Shown here piece by piece: positions 1-12,005 of a DNA stretch of 64,000 nt (its first letter is position 1; every line of letters starts with the position of its first letter). The position numbers were made by a program, and so were the translations under genes. The notes below the pieces were generated by a model. That model had not been told where the DNA came from. It made no database searches and worked only from the letters and a program-made list of their open reading frames with translations. Location of the stretch: the NCBI GenBank assembly GCA_964016885.1, contig OZ024741.1, positions 39,184,001 through 39,248,000 of the forward strand, read 5' to 3'. This DNA is from Eledone cirrhosa. Taxonomy: Eukaryota.

Positions 1-310
1 GAGGATGTATCCCTACGCGCCCTGAGGAAGAAATTCCCCGCGAAGATTTGAAGAATCTCTTTTTTGTACCGGAAACTTCAAGCCAGCAACACGCATAATG
101 TAGCAGTGAGATATTGCACCCCTAGCCTCGCCGGCTTAACGGCGCAATGGCACATTCCCTTTTGTAACCTCTTTTTATCTGTAACTTCAACCATATAAAT
201 AAACAAACATTTCATCGCTAATTACTGCGGTTGAAGTCGTTGTTATGTTACTCGTGTCTCCATGACATCTTTAATCCATGCTGCTGGAATTGGCGACCTG
301 ACGAAAGGAA
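1..310 (+). mobile_element. Possible 3' part of an LTR followed by a tRNA primer-binding site
   Basis: AATAAA near 198, then TGGCGACC-TG-ACGAAAGG at 291-308, resembling the complement of a tRNA-Arg 3' end (TGGCGACCACGAAGGG, recalled). No gag ORF follows. Confidence 0.35.
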
Positions 311-548
311 TATTGTAAATAGATGGTAAATAGATCGAGGGACCTTCCCTCACGTCTATGTCAACAAGATAATCCAACGAGGATACTATCACTTACCACA
401 CTGGCAACTAACGACCACTGATTCTACCACTAAAGTGGGGACTTCTCTATAACCAATAACTGCTAAACTTTCTTTCTTCTACCACTATAAAATATCCTTA
501 AAAGGATCATTACTGCCGTTCTATCCCTGGGATGGATAGTAAAAAGAA

Positions 549-683
549 TACGGCCATGTCGTGCTGAAAATACTAATTCTCGTCCTATCACCGAAGTTAA
601 GCAATGTATGGCGTGTAAGCATTTACATTAGGAGCAATGCCCCGGCATGACCTCGGCCGGATGGCTGGAACAGCTGAAAGAGT
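549..683 (+). pseudogene. 5S rRNA-derived segment (5' ~65 nt) joined to a SINE-type 3' tail
   Basis: TACGGCCATgtcgtgcTGAAAAtactaaTTCTCGTCCtATCACCGAAGTTAAGCAA matches the 5' half of invertebrate 5S rRNA including box A. Similarity is lost before box C; then ATGCCCCGGCATGACC...GGCTGGAACAG. Confidence 0.75.
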
Positions 684-974
684 ATTAAAAGCTTGAGAAA
701 TAAATACCACACAACACTACAATATACACATTAAACCTCACAAATAAATGTCACTAAACAGGTTACATATTAAAGCATATTTTAAAGTACATTTTAAATT
801 ACATATTAAACGTTCCTTTAAGTCCTTGCTGGTCTTCAGTTTGCACTTGAAACCCTAAACCGAAGGGGTATAATAACTTCATTTAAATATCTCTCTTCTA
901 AAAGGGGAGGTAAGTTATGGCTTCAACCCCTTTCATCATAAAGCTTCGATCAGCCTAAATCTGGGGTAATACAG

Positions 975-1008
<34 letters not shown>

Positions 1009-1229
1009 GTAAACCACCACAAAAGTTATCTACATTTTCCCCACTTCCAGCTATATATTACACTTATACCTCCCCCTCCCCACAATTTACCATCCTATCT
1101 ATCCCACAGACCAATCTCCCCCATCTCTACAATTTCTGCACTCCTAAAACTACAAGCGTCTCATTTCCATGGAAATCACTTTACATAGCGACCAACCCCA
1201 ATCTGTTATTATTTTAAATAAGGAGGCTA

Positions 1230-1234
<5 letters not shown>

Positions 1235-1262
<28 letters not shown>

Positions 1263-1333
1263 TGTATGTATGTATGTATGTATGTATGTATGTATGTATG
1301 TATGTATGTATGTATGTATGTATGTATGTATGT
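1235..1333. repeat. (TATG)n microsatellite at the 3' end of the RLE element
   Basis: Near-perfect tetranucleotide tract directly abutting the element's 3' UTR. Confidence 0.95.
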
Positions 1334-1555
1334 TCTTCTGGTTTTATAATTTCACAAAGTTTTACCAATAGAGAGAGAGAGTCGGTTTCTAACATAGACA
1401 CAAGACTCTCTCATTGGAATTTACACATCAACTAGGTAGATATGTATGCATGCATGTGTAGATATGGATGTTATTGTATGTGTGGATGTGTATGTTTTGA
1501 GTTGTATGTGTGCATGTGTATATGCTTTGTATCTGTACATGTGTATATGCAGTTA

Positions 1556-2625
1556 TTAGATGCAACATTTTTGGAATGTTTTACATATTTTTACTGTTCC
1601 ATTAATGGATTGTACTTGTAGTTTCCTAACTAGTTGTGTTCTTTCTGTTCCTGTGAAGCCTAGCTTCTCAAGATTTGTATTGAGGCAGTTACTAACATAT
1701 CCCAGTGCCCCAATAATGACAGGCATAAATCTGAAGGTGTAATCAGGGTGGAGTATCTGCAGATTTCTCATCAGTTCTGCATAAATATTCTCCTTTTCAC
1801 TAATCTTTGATATTATATTGACATCTGCTGGGCAGCTAATTTCCACTACTGTGTTTTCTTCTCCCTGTCCCATATCATAATATCTAGTCTGTTATGCCTG
1901 CATTTTATTGGGGTTTTTACTGGAACATTCCACCAGTACTCTTTCATATTATGTACATGGATGGCTTCCACATTGTTGTAGCTTTTAATGTGTTTATTAT
2001 CGGGGTTATCTTTTTTACGAACTGCATTGTACAGTGTTTTGGCCACTACATCATGCTTCATAGGTAGATAGTACCGCGATGACATCTTTGGACAGCTGCT
2101 GATGACATGGGTGATATCCTCGATGTTAGTTCTGCAGAGTCTGCACTTGTTATCACATCTAGGCGTTTTGCCTGCATCCCTATCTCTTTTGTGAATCAGG
2201 TATTTCGTGCTAATCTCCTGTTCTTGGATTTCAAAAGCGTATTCTTCAAAGTGGGAGCCAATATATCGGTTGTTGGTCCAAGATAGACTACTTTCCTTAT
2301 CTATATTACTCTCACTCTGGAGCTTCCTGGCAACATATCCATGCATGATTTTTTGCTGATAGGCATGCAGTTTTTTATCCATGGATTCACTGCGATACTG
2401 CTGAGCGACATCCCTGGGTGTGAGTTTTTGATTATCACACAGGGAATATCTCTCAAGGAGTTCCTTCCCAACTCTCATGATCTTATCTGTTTCATGCAGA
2501 TAGACTTGCTCGAGAAGCGGGCTCCTACGCTTCGAGGTTCGTAGATGTTGTCGGAGAGATATGATGCGACATTCAAATGTTGTCTGGACTGATGTTAGAC
2601 CTCTGCCTCCCTGCTTACGTTTCAA
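1556..2625 (-). pseudogene. CCHC knuckle + restriction-like endonuclease region of the RLE element (two frames)
   Basis: CRLC-x8-H-x4-C knuckle, KHD motif, HNRLD..VEISCP; frameshift near 1850. Confidence 0.88.
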
Positions 2626-2981
2626 TAAAGGCGGTATATGTCACCCTTAATGTGGAAGTTTCCGGTGTTGTTTAGTATTTTTCGAGTTCCAACATCAACT
2701 GCTCGGATTTCGTCTATCGTCCAATTGAGTATTCCAAACGTTGGTGTTAGGACAGGCACAGCAAATACATTGTGAGCCACTGTTTTGTTTTGCGCAGAGA
2801 GTTCCGATGACCAGATCTTTCTTAATCGGGTGTAGTATTCCCTGGTTACGCGTTCTTTATTACAGATATCATTATAGGATATGTTCTCATCTACCCCCAG
2901 GTATCTGCAGCAGTCCTCATCAGATATCGGTGAAACAGTTAGACCATTGATGACAATGTTGCTAGATTGGGTTGTTGATTT

Positions 2982-4097
2982 TCATCGCTTTACAGTCATG
3001 TATGAGCATTTATCTTGGCCAAACTTCATTCCTATATCCTTTGAGAACGTTGTAACCAGGTCAAGATTTTTCTTCATCCCATCCATTTTCTTGGCATAGA
3101 GTTTCAGATCGTCCACAAAGAAGTTATGGGTTAGCTTCGTATTTCTGTCCTCCTGTGAGCCAATGATGTATCCCTCACATTTCTTGAGCAGAAAGGACAA
3201 GGGGTTTAATGACAAGATGAACAATATCACAGAGAGACTGTCTCCCGGAAATATACCCCTGCAATATTTTATTTTATCAGTGAAAATAGAGTCCTCCCTC
3301 TCTGTCTTTAACCTTAGGATAGTAGCCCAAGAAGAAGACAGCCTCTCTATGGCTCTGACAATAATGTCTGGGACTTTAGCAAGTTGGAGGGCCTCTATCA
3401 ACCAAGAGTGGGAAACAGAATCGAAAGCTTTCTTGTAGTCCAGCCAGACTGTAGCCATATTCCTCCTAAGTTGTCGCACCTCCGACATCCCAGTTTTGTT
3501 GATTAGGAGTTGTTCAGCACATCCCCAAACCCTTTTCTTTCCAGCTGATTGTTCATCTGTGATGATGTTATTATTTTCACAGTGATCTTGAATAGGTTCA
3601 GGCAGGCAGGCTGTATACATCTTATACATCAGGTTCTGGCATGCAATGGGTCGGTAGTTTTTTGCCAAGTGGGTGTCTTTGTTCTTGGGGACCAGTAACG
3701 TTTGTGCTAATGTCAACCATTCTGGTATTAGTGTATCTCCCTTAAGAACTTGTTGGTAGAGGTCAGTAAGATACCTCCGATAGAATATTAGTTTTTTGTA
3801 CCAGTAGCCGACAATCATGTCTCTTCCTGGTGTTTTCTTATCTTGGAGTTTTCCTATCACAGTCTCAAGGGTACCCTCACTTATTGTGTATGTTTTTGTT
3901 GTAGTGTAGGAGCAATAGTTCTTTCGGATTTCTCTTAGCCACACTGCATCTTGGTTGAAATTCTTCTTTTCACCCCATATTTTTCTCCAAAAGGAATCTA
4001 TGTCTTTCTGGGATGGGGCCTCAGTGACACTTCTTATTTTTCCCTTCATATCTCTATAGATTGATGTTTGGTTTCGTCTGAATCTTTTATTAAGCAT
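2982..4097 (-). pseudogene. Reverse transcriptase domain of the RLE element
   Basis: RT motifs in order in the 371-aa ORF; reading frame broken on both sides. Confidence 0.92.
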
Positions 4098-5077
4098 TTT
4101 TCTCTCATCTACCTTCTTCAGGTATCGGCGTTTTTCGCTACAGCTCTCAATTCTTGTTTGAGGGTGATCAGCTTATATTGGAGAGTTCTGGTTCTACTGT
4201 TACCAAACATCTTTTCTATTTTATTTTTCACTCTTTGTTGGTGAGGAGTGAGGTTTTTTGTGTTTGTTTGCATGTAAGGAGCATTGTCACGTGTCCTATG
4301 TTTTTTCGTAGGTCAGCACTCTTTTTTTCTATTTTAGTTATATATGATGGTATTTTTGGTGGTGTTTTGTTCTTGTTAATATCTCTGCTATCACCAAGAT
4401 AATGCTTCACTGTCATTGCTAAGGCATATAAATAGGCGTTGATTTGCCAAAATGTTGGGGTTTTTATCCGTCGTAAATATTCATCCCCTATTTCGTCAAT
4501 AACACGTAGTATTTCATTATTTGGTTTTTTATTCACCATTGTCATTTTAACACGTTCAGCCAGAGAGATATTTATACATGAGTTAATTTCTCTCTGGAAG
4601 ATTTCGTTGAGGGAAATTTTCAATTGTTTATACTTTTGATTATCATTATCGATAGTATTTTCCACAACAGTCGAGGTAGACTCAGATGGTATACGTGGTG
4701 TCACATTTATTCGATTATTATTATTATTTCTTCGATTATTATTATTATCGAAAGTGTTTTCCCCAGCATTCGAGGTAGACTTAGATGGTACAGGTGGTGT
4801 CAAGTTTCTTACAGGCATAGTTGTTTCAAGGCGCTGCTCGACCTGGCTGCTAGGAAGTCTAGTAGCATGGCGATCTGTAGCACGTGTTGTTGATTCCATG
4901 TTTGTTGTGGGGGACTTACAATTAATAATATTTATCTTATTTTTACGTTCAACAATCTATTTTTGTGGCCACTTCTAGCTAGAGCTTCGTTAAAGTGGCC
5001 ACAAAAATAGATTAGTATATATACCTTCTACCAATAACACTACAAACATACAACCTAATATTACCAACAAACACCAA

Positions 5078-6058
5078 ATGAAACATACACACCTAAATGC
5101 CACTCACACTATACCCCAAAACACCAACATAAAACCAAATTTCTCTAACTCTTCTAATATACAGTATAGTAACTCTCAAAAAACTACTCATCCTACAACT
5201 TTAATAAATGTTAATAATAAAACTCCTAATAAACAAGCTAAAACACCTAAATCAATAAATCTAACTAAAAATGTGTGTGGTGAGGTCATTAACAATAATT
5301 CTCTTAATAAACATCAGGATGCATCCTATAAAAACAATAAACAACATAGAAACCGTAATAGACGAGTTACTTGGTATAATGCTCCATTTAATTTACAAAT
5401 TAAGGATAATATACCTAAAAAATTCTTTAATATCCTAGAGAAAAACTTCCCGCCAAACCACAAATACCATCAAATCTTAAATAGATCAACGGTTAAATTC
5501 TCCTACTCAACAACCAAACACATAAAACAAAATATAAGTGCCTATAATGCATATAAATGTAAAAAAAACCATGAGTATGCCACCAGTACATCAAACTAAC
5601 CATAATATCTCCTCAGATACAGGATTCACGAAAAGTTGTAACTGTAGAAACAAGGCAAACTGTCCATTAAAAGGAAATTGCCTTGTTAATAACATAGTAT
5701 ATAAATGTAAAGTTAACACTAAGGACTCAATTTATTCATATATAGGAGCTACCTCTAACAAATTTAAGGTAAGATTTAATACCCACAAACATAGTTTTAA
5801 AAATGCCGCACTAGCTAATACATCTCTAGCTGAAATAATTAATAGTTATAGAAAGAGGAATATAGATTATGACCTGACCTGGAGTGTGCTCAAAAGGGCC
5901 CACCCCTTATCAAAATAGTAGATATGAATGTAGATTATGTTCCCAAGAACTTTTTGAAATAATGGAATCTAAGGATATCCTATTAAATAAGCGACAGGAA
6001 TTAATAATATCGTGTAATCATAAACTGAGAAAAACCTTTAAATATTATAAACCTAATT
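5078..6058 (+). pseudogene. Penelope-like element C-terminal linker + GIY-YIG endonuclease (no RT seen), frameshifted
   Basis: RRVTWYNAPFN..NFPPNHKYHQILNRSTVKFSYS; CNCRNKANCPLKGNC (CxCx5Cx5C); IVYKC..YIGATSNKFKVRFNTHKHSF; then CRLC..E..LLNKRQEL..CNH in a shifted frame (5928-6020). Confidence 0.88.
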
Positions 6059-6262
6059 AATATACACTTTAGAAATTAATATATAAACTATTTTTAATTT
6101 AGTTAACCTATAATTAATATTCTACTACTGATGAACTACATAATTCTGCTTTAAATATTATAAACCTAATTAATATACACTTTAGAAATTAATATATAAA
6201 CTATTTTTAATTTAGTTAACCTATAATTAATATTCTACTACTGATGAACTACATAATTTTGC
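6038..6262 (+). repeat. 113-bp tandem duplication just 3' of the GIY-YIG ORF
   Basis: Two near-identical copies; CTGATGAACTAC at 6128 and 6241. Confidence 0.9.
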
Positions 6263-6316
6263 TTTCCTTCTTACAACTATCATTTCCTAAAACTGATACC
6301 ATTTAGTAAACATATA

Positions 6317-6494
6317 TAATTGTTTCTATTTTAGGCACAAGGCCAGCAATTACCCAGTGCATTACTGGTACTTTATTTTATCGACCCCGTAAGGATGAAA
6401 GGCAAAGTCAACCTCGGCGGGATTTGAACTCAGATCGTAAAGGGACGTAACTATGCTGGAAAGCATGGCGTCCGACTCTCTACCGATGCTGCCA
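6317..6494 (-). mobile_element. tRNA-derived SINE, family A (Nin-like central domain)
   Basis: Box A TGGCAG.ATCGG, box B GAGTTCAAATCC, core CTTTGCCTTTCATCCTTACGGGGTCGATAAAATAAAGTACCAG, tail GAAACAATTA; about 15 clear copies in the window. Confidence 0.88.
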
Positions 6495-6616
6495 TAATGC
6501 TTTAACTTCAGGTTATGACTCTATGTTCCTTGAAAACTATATATATTTATTATTTCTCACTAATAAATTTAATTCCCCTCCCCCAATAATTATATGTATA
6601 TGTAAGTGTGTATGTG

Positions 6617-6653
<37 letters not shown>

Positions 6654-7424
6654 ATATGTGAGTGTGTATGTGTATATATATGTATATATATATATATATA
6701 TAAGTATATATATATATTATTTTTATATTCTTTTAATTTCCTCTCATCTTTAACAGCACTTTTCAACTGCATCTAACTCTTATTTATCATATCTATATGT
6801 ATTAGTATAATTTTATCAATATAAATATACCCATCAATTAAATTAATTTATATTCTTTTCATAGATGTATTTTTTCACTAACATTCTTATCGTAAAACTT
6901 TAGTCACCTTAGATATTTGTATTGGCATTACTATTTTATAACAGCAACTGCTTGTATACCTTTTACTGACCACCTGACCTATTTTCACCCCTAAAATAAG
7001 CTTCAATTACTACTATTTTACCATTTGGCCAATTATTAACTTTCTATTGGTTAATTCTAAACCTCTTACCAAACAGACAGAATATATTAGATCTTTGTTG
7101 GTTTTATTCAATGAACAAATAAAATTATTTCTGAGGTCAGCATAAAACCCATTTCTTCCCTAAAATAATCCTTCATTCATAATATTCTTTTCCATCCAAA
7201 ACTGAAATCTACCTTCCTCTACCCATAATTTAAGGTTCTTCTACTACTATATTACTATCTTGACCCTCACTATCTCTCTATTGGTCAATTAAAAACCTGT
7301 TCCCAAACAGACCTATTGTATTGAATCTTTGTTTTTTTCAATAAACAAATATCATTATTTCTGAAGACAGCATATGTATGTGTAGGTATGTATATTCCCT
7401 CTGATAGTTTGTATAAATATTGTA

Positions 7425-7935
<511 letters not shown>

Positions 7936-8044
7936 ATATATACATATTTATATACATGTGTATATATATATATAATCAAGGTTTAGCAAATAGAGAAAAA
8001 GTTTTTAAATAAATAAAAAAAAGTTTACTGTACTTACTATATTT

Positions 8045-8128
8045 ACCCTTACCGCGCGGTTTCAAGTCTCAAAATAAATGGATAATCCATGTGGAACACC
8101 ATTGAGAAGGAGAATTTCGTCAGAGGAT
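8045..8128 (-). ncRNA. Type I hammerhead ribozyme with long stem II
   Basis: Minus strand: ATCCT-CTGACGA-(..TCTCAA..TTGAGA..)-GAAA-CCGCGCGG-TA-AGGGT. Stem I pairs with one G.U, stem III is palindromic, cleavage triplet GUA. Confidence 0.75.
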
Positions 8129-8392
8129 TCTTCTCACTCGGAGAATATAAAATTCCCGAGTCCAAATCACGAACTGGCGCCATACAGAACTGTTCCCGGG
8201 TGAGAGTGTAAAGTGCCGTGTGTAAAGATAGAAGGCAAGGGCGGAAAGGTCAATATCCTGCCACTAGAAATCAGTAAAAAACACCAAAATTTTATTTCGA
8301 CCTTAGGGGAGATTAATAATAATAAAGTATGTTTTCCTACGTGCAAAAAATGCATATAGGGACACATGTATTATCCAACCGTATACCAATGT

Positions 8393-8450
<58 letters not shown>

Positions 8451-8454
<4 letters not shown>

Positions 8455-8503
8455 TTCTACAGGACTAGAACTGTTTCATTCTTTAGAAATCATCAGGAAT
8501 CTC
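8451..8503 (-). ncRNA. Type I hammerhead ribozyme (53 nt) beside (TA)n
   Basis: GAGATTC-CTGATGA-TTTCTAAAGAAT-GAAA-CAG-TTCTAGTC-CTG-TA-GAATCTC: perfect 7-bp stem I, intact core, GUA triplet; U.U at the base of stem II. Confidence 0.8.
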
Positions 8504-8526
8504 TTTATGCATTCATGTATGTATGT

Positions 8527-8566
<40 letters not shown>

Positions 8567-8654
8567 GATCGATCAACTTTCGTCAAATCGGACCGAGGAA
8601 ACAATGTTTCCATCGGTCTTTCCAGTTGCTAATACTATCTATCGGTCGCCACTC

Positions 8655-8738
8655 CAGGTAGAAGGAGCAACGTGAAATAAAGTGTCTTGCTCAAGGACAT
8701 AAGGTATCTCCTGATCCAGGAATCGAACTCACAAACTC

Positions 8739-8740
<2 letters not shown>
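8655..8740 (-). mobile_element. tRNA-derived SINE fragment (different family)
   Basis: Minus strand GAGTTCGATTCC (box B) followed by TGTCCTTGAGCAAGACACTTTATTTCACGTTGCTCC. Confidence 0.6.
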
Positions 8741-8792
<52 letters not shown>

Positions 8793-9089
8793 AGAGAGAG
8801 AGAAAATACTATCTAGGTTCTCACTATCTCTTTCTCTCTTTCTCTTTCTATTATTTTCTCCCTTTTTCCGTTTCGATGCATATACAGGCGTGCACACGCA
8901 CTATACCATATACATACATACTTGCTTACATAGATACATAGATACATACATAGATACATACATACATAGATGTATACATACATGCATACATAAATGCATG
9001 CATGTATACATACATACATACAATTATGCTTACATAGATACATACATTCATAAATAGATGCATACATACATGAATATATACATACATAC

Positions 9090-9538
9090 ATGGTGGCTGC
9101 CAACTCGTTTTCGAGTACGGCCACTACTTTATATCCATGTAGGAGAACCCCTACCGATGCGCTGAACGAGTGTGACTTTTTAGTCCAGCCAGCCACTTGT
9201 AAACTCTGGTACAAACACTACACCTGTGACAATTATTGACACAGTGCTGGGCCCATGGTACCATGTGACGACAAGTGCAGAGAGATCTCCAGATATAAAG
9301 CAATGCCTGTGCCGTGAAGCTTTTATAGTGAGCAAAGGCACTGCACAAAGCCAGTCCCACTCTCTTATCCAAGATGATATTTACCAAAAAGAAGAACAAG
9401 TCAACATCATTGGATACCATCAGGGTTGCAGGTGTTATATCAGAGTTTTCCTTCTCCTAGAATTCTGCCTTGACAAAGGCTAAGGGATCATCTCTCCCGG
9501 TGATTTTGGATGGCCATTGATTTTGGATGGCCATTGAC
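9090..9538 (-). mobile_element. Non-autonomous RTE-derived element, copy 1 (5' truncated)
   Basis: Highly similar to 9575-10088 and 12006-12648; encodes a terminal C2H2-like remnant CSVCTRVYKWLAGLKSHTRSAH; (TATG)n tail. Confidence 0.7.
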
Positions 9539-9574
9539 ATACATACATACATACATACATACATACATACATAC

Positions 9575-10088
9575 ATGGTGGCTGCCAACTCGTTTTCGAG
9601 TACGACCACTACTTTATATCCATGTAGGAGAACGCCTACCGATGCGCTGACGAGTGTGTCTTTTTAGTCCAGCCAGCGACTTGAAAACTCTGGTACAAAC
9701 ACTACACCTGTGACAATTATTGACACAGTGCTGGGCCCATGGAACCATGTGACGACAAGTGCAGAGAGATCTCCAGATATAAAGCAATGCCTGTGCCGTG
9801 AAGCTTTTATAGTGAGCAAAGGCACTGCACAAAGCCAGTCCCACTCTCTTAACCAAGATGATATTTACCAAAAAGAAGAACAAGTCAACATCATTGGATA
9901 CCATCAGGGTTGCAGGTGTTATATCAGAGTTTTCCTTCTCCTAGAATTCTGCCCTGACAAAGGCTAAGGGGTCATCTCTCTCGGTGATTTGGGATGGCCA
10001 TTGACTCTTAAGAGCTCCTTTGCCTTTTGACATGTTTTGTTTTTAGTCCTGCAGTATGTCCAAAGTCACCCTCCTCACCAAGAAACCT
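9575..10088 (-). mobile_element. Non-autonomous RTE-derived element, copy 2
   Basis: Same sequence as copy 1, flanked by (CATA)n on both sides. Confidence 0.7.
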
Positions 10089-10108
10089 TACATACATACA
10101 TACATACA

Positions 10109-10172
10109 TGTGTCTATTATAGGAACCGACTCTCTATTGGCAAAAATTTGTGAAATTATAGAACCAGAAGAA
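10109..10172 (+). mobile_element. Extremely 5'-truncated 3' end of the RLE element inside (CATA)n
   Basis: TGTGTCTAT..GAACCGACTCTCTATTGGCAAAAATTTGTGAAATTATAGAACCAGAAGAA matches the reverse complement of 1332-1401. Confidence 0.85.
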
Positions 10173-11199
10173 CATACATACATAGATGAATACTTACATA
10201 CATACATACATACATGCATACATACAATCATGCTTACATAGATACATACATAGATGCATACATACACAGATACATACATACATAGATACATACATACATA
10301 GATGTATATATACATAGATGCATACGTACATAGATACATACATTCATATATACATACATTCATACATACATAGATGCATATATAGACACATACAATCACG
10401 CTTACATACAGACATGCAGCCAAACATACAGCCAAACAGACAGACAAATAGACAGACAGGGAGTCAGACAGACTCACACACACACACACACACACAACCC
10501 CCCCCCCCCCCCCACACACACACACATTACAGCATCTATCTCTATTAAATCTTGTCTATTTTTTAAGTGGCTGCTGATGAGATGATGTGATAAAAAGATG
10601 TATTGCTCTCGAGAATACACACGTTCACGTACACATTAACTTCTACACACATACACACAGACACTTTATCATTTACACACATACAGAAGCACACACACGC
10701 TTATACAAGTATGCAACACATCCACACACACACACACACACACACTCAGATAGTTGAACATTTGCATACATAGACAAGCACACACACACACATATACACG
10801 CACACATGAACTACTACACACATACACACATATACTTCAACATTTACACACATACACAAGCACACACACGCTTATACAAGTATGCAACACATCTACACAC
10901 ACACACACAGATAGTTGAACATTTGCATACATAGACAAGCACATGCACACACATATACACGCACACATGAACTTCTACACACATACATACACACATATAT
11001 TTTAACATTCACACATATATACAAGCACACATACACTCTTATACAAGCATACAACACATCCACACACACACAGATACTTGAACTTTTACGCACATAGAAA
11101 AGCACGCACACATATACAAGCATACAGCTCATCCACACACGCAGATACTGGAACATTTACACACAGATACAAACACACACACATATATACGCACATAAG

Positions 11200-11239
<40 letters not shown>

Positions 11240-11270
11240 TACAAACACACACACATATACACGCACACAA

Positions 11271-11301
<31 letters not shown>

Positions 11302-11504
11302 GTAACTATAGACGTAAACTCGTTGGCATCAATCTGTTCCTTCAAATTTGGCAATGATTGTGTTACGGTGACGACGACCACCACCACCACCTCCCCCACC
11401 ACCACCTCTACCACCACCACTACCACTACCACCACCACCAACACCACCACCACCACCACCACCGCCACCACACCACCACCACCACCACCACCACTACCAA
11501 TTTC

Positions 11505-11612
11505 GCTGTATATCGATGATGATGACATCGAAGAGTACACTAAATAAATAGAAAACCTACTGCAGATAGTACATAGATTTAGTAGGAAAATGGATGATTC
11601 GGCATGGAATTA
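11505..11612 (+). pseudogene. Tiny degraded RLE-type RT remnant
   Basis: Reads LYIDD...ENLLQIVHRFS...GME, paralleling FVDDLKLY..LDLVTTFSKDIGMKF of the element at 2982-4097. Confidence 0.45.
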
Positions 11613-12005
11613 TCCGCTGAGACTACTAGCTGTTAGAGCGTTGTCATGTTTTACAACGTATCTTGATTACTGTAAACTTGGGAGAGCGCATGTAGATATA
11701 CATACACACATACATATACAACACGTGCATACATACGTACATATATACATACATGCATACATTCACACATACACAATACGTGCATACATATATACATACA
11801 TATATATAAATAATTCATATATACATACTCACAAACAATATATACATGCATACAAGTATACACACACAATCCATACAAACATACACAATACATACATACA
11901 TATTTATATACGTATGTACATATATACGCACATAATACATAAAAACATACATAGTACATATATGCATAGATACATACATACACATATACATATGTGCATA
12001 CATGC

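Larger units (their letters stand above)
1334..4975 (-). mobile_element. R4/Dong-like RLE non-LTR retrotransposon, near full length, frameshifted
   Basis: Collinear ORF pieces 4228-4899, 2982-4097 (NYRPIAC, WLDYKKAFDSVSH, GIFPGDSLS, FFVDDLKLYA, DIGMKFG), 1846-2625 (CRLC..EDITHVISSC knuckle, HNRLDIMIWD) and 1556-1873 (VEISCP..K, PVIIGALG): RT + CCHC + PD-(D/E)xK endonuclease. Confidence 0.92.

Noticed and set aside
549-670. Functional 5S rRNA gene
   Set aside because: 3' half and box C are absent and there are many substitutions.
6128-6250. Hammerheads at CTGATGA 6128/6241 and 10574
   Set aside because: No correctly placed GAAA, stem II or stem III.
9151-9420. Host C2H2 zinc-finger gene
   Set aside because: Single finger inside a multicopy retroposon 3' end.
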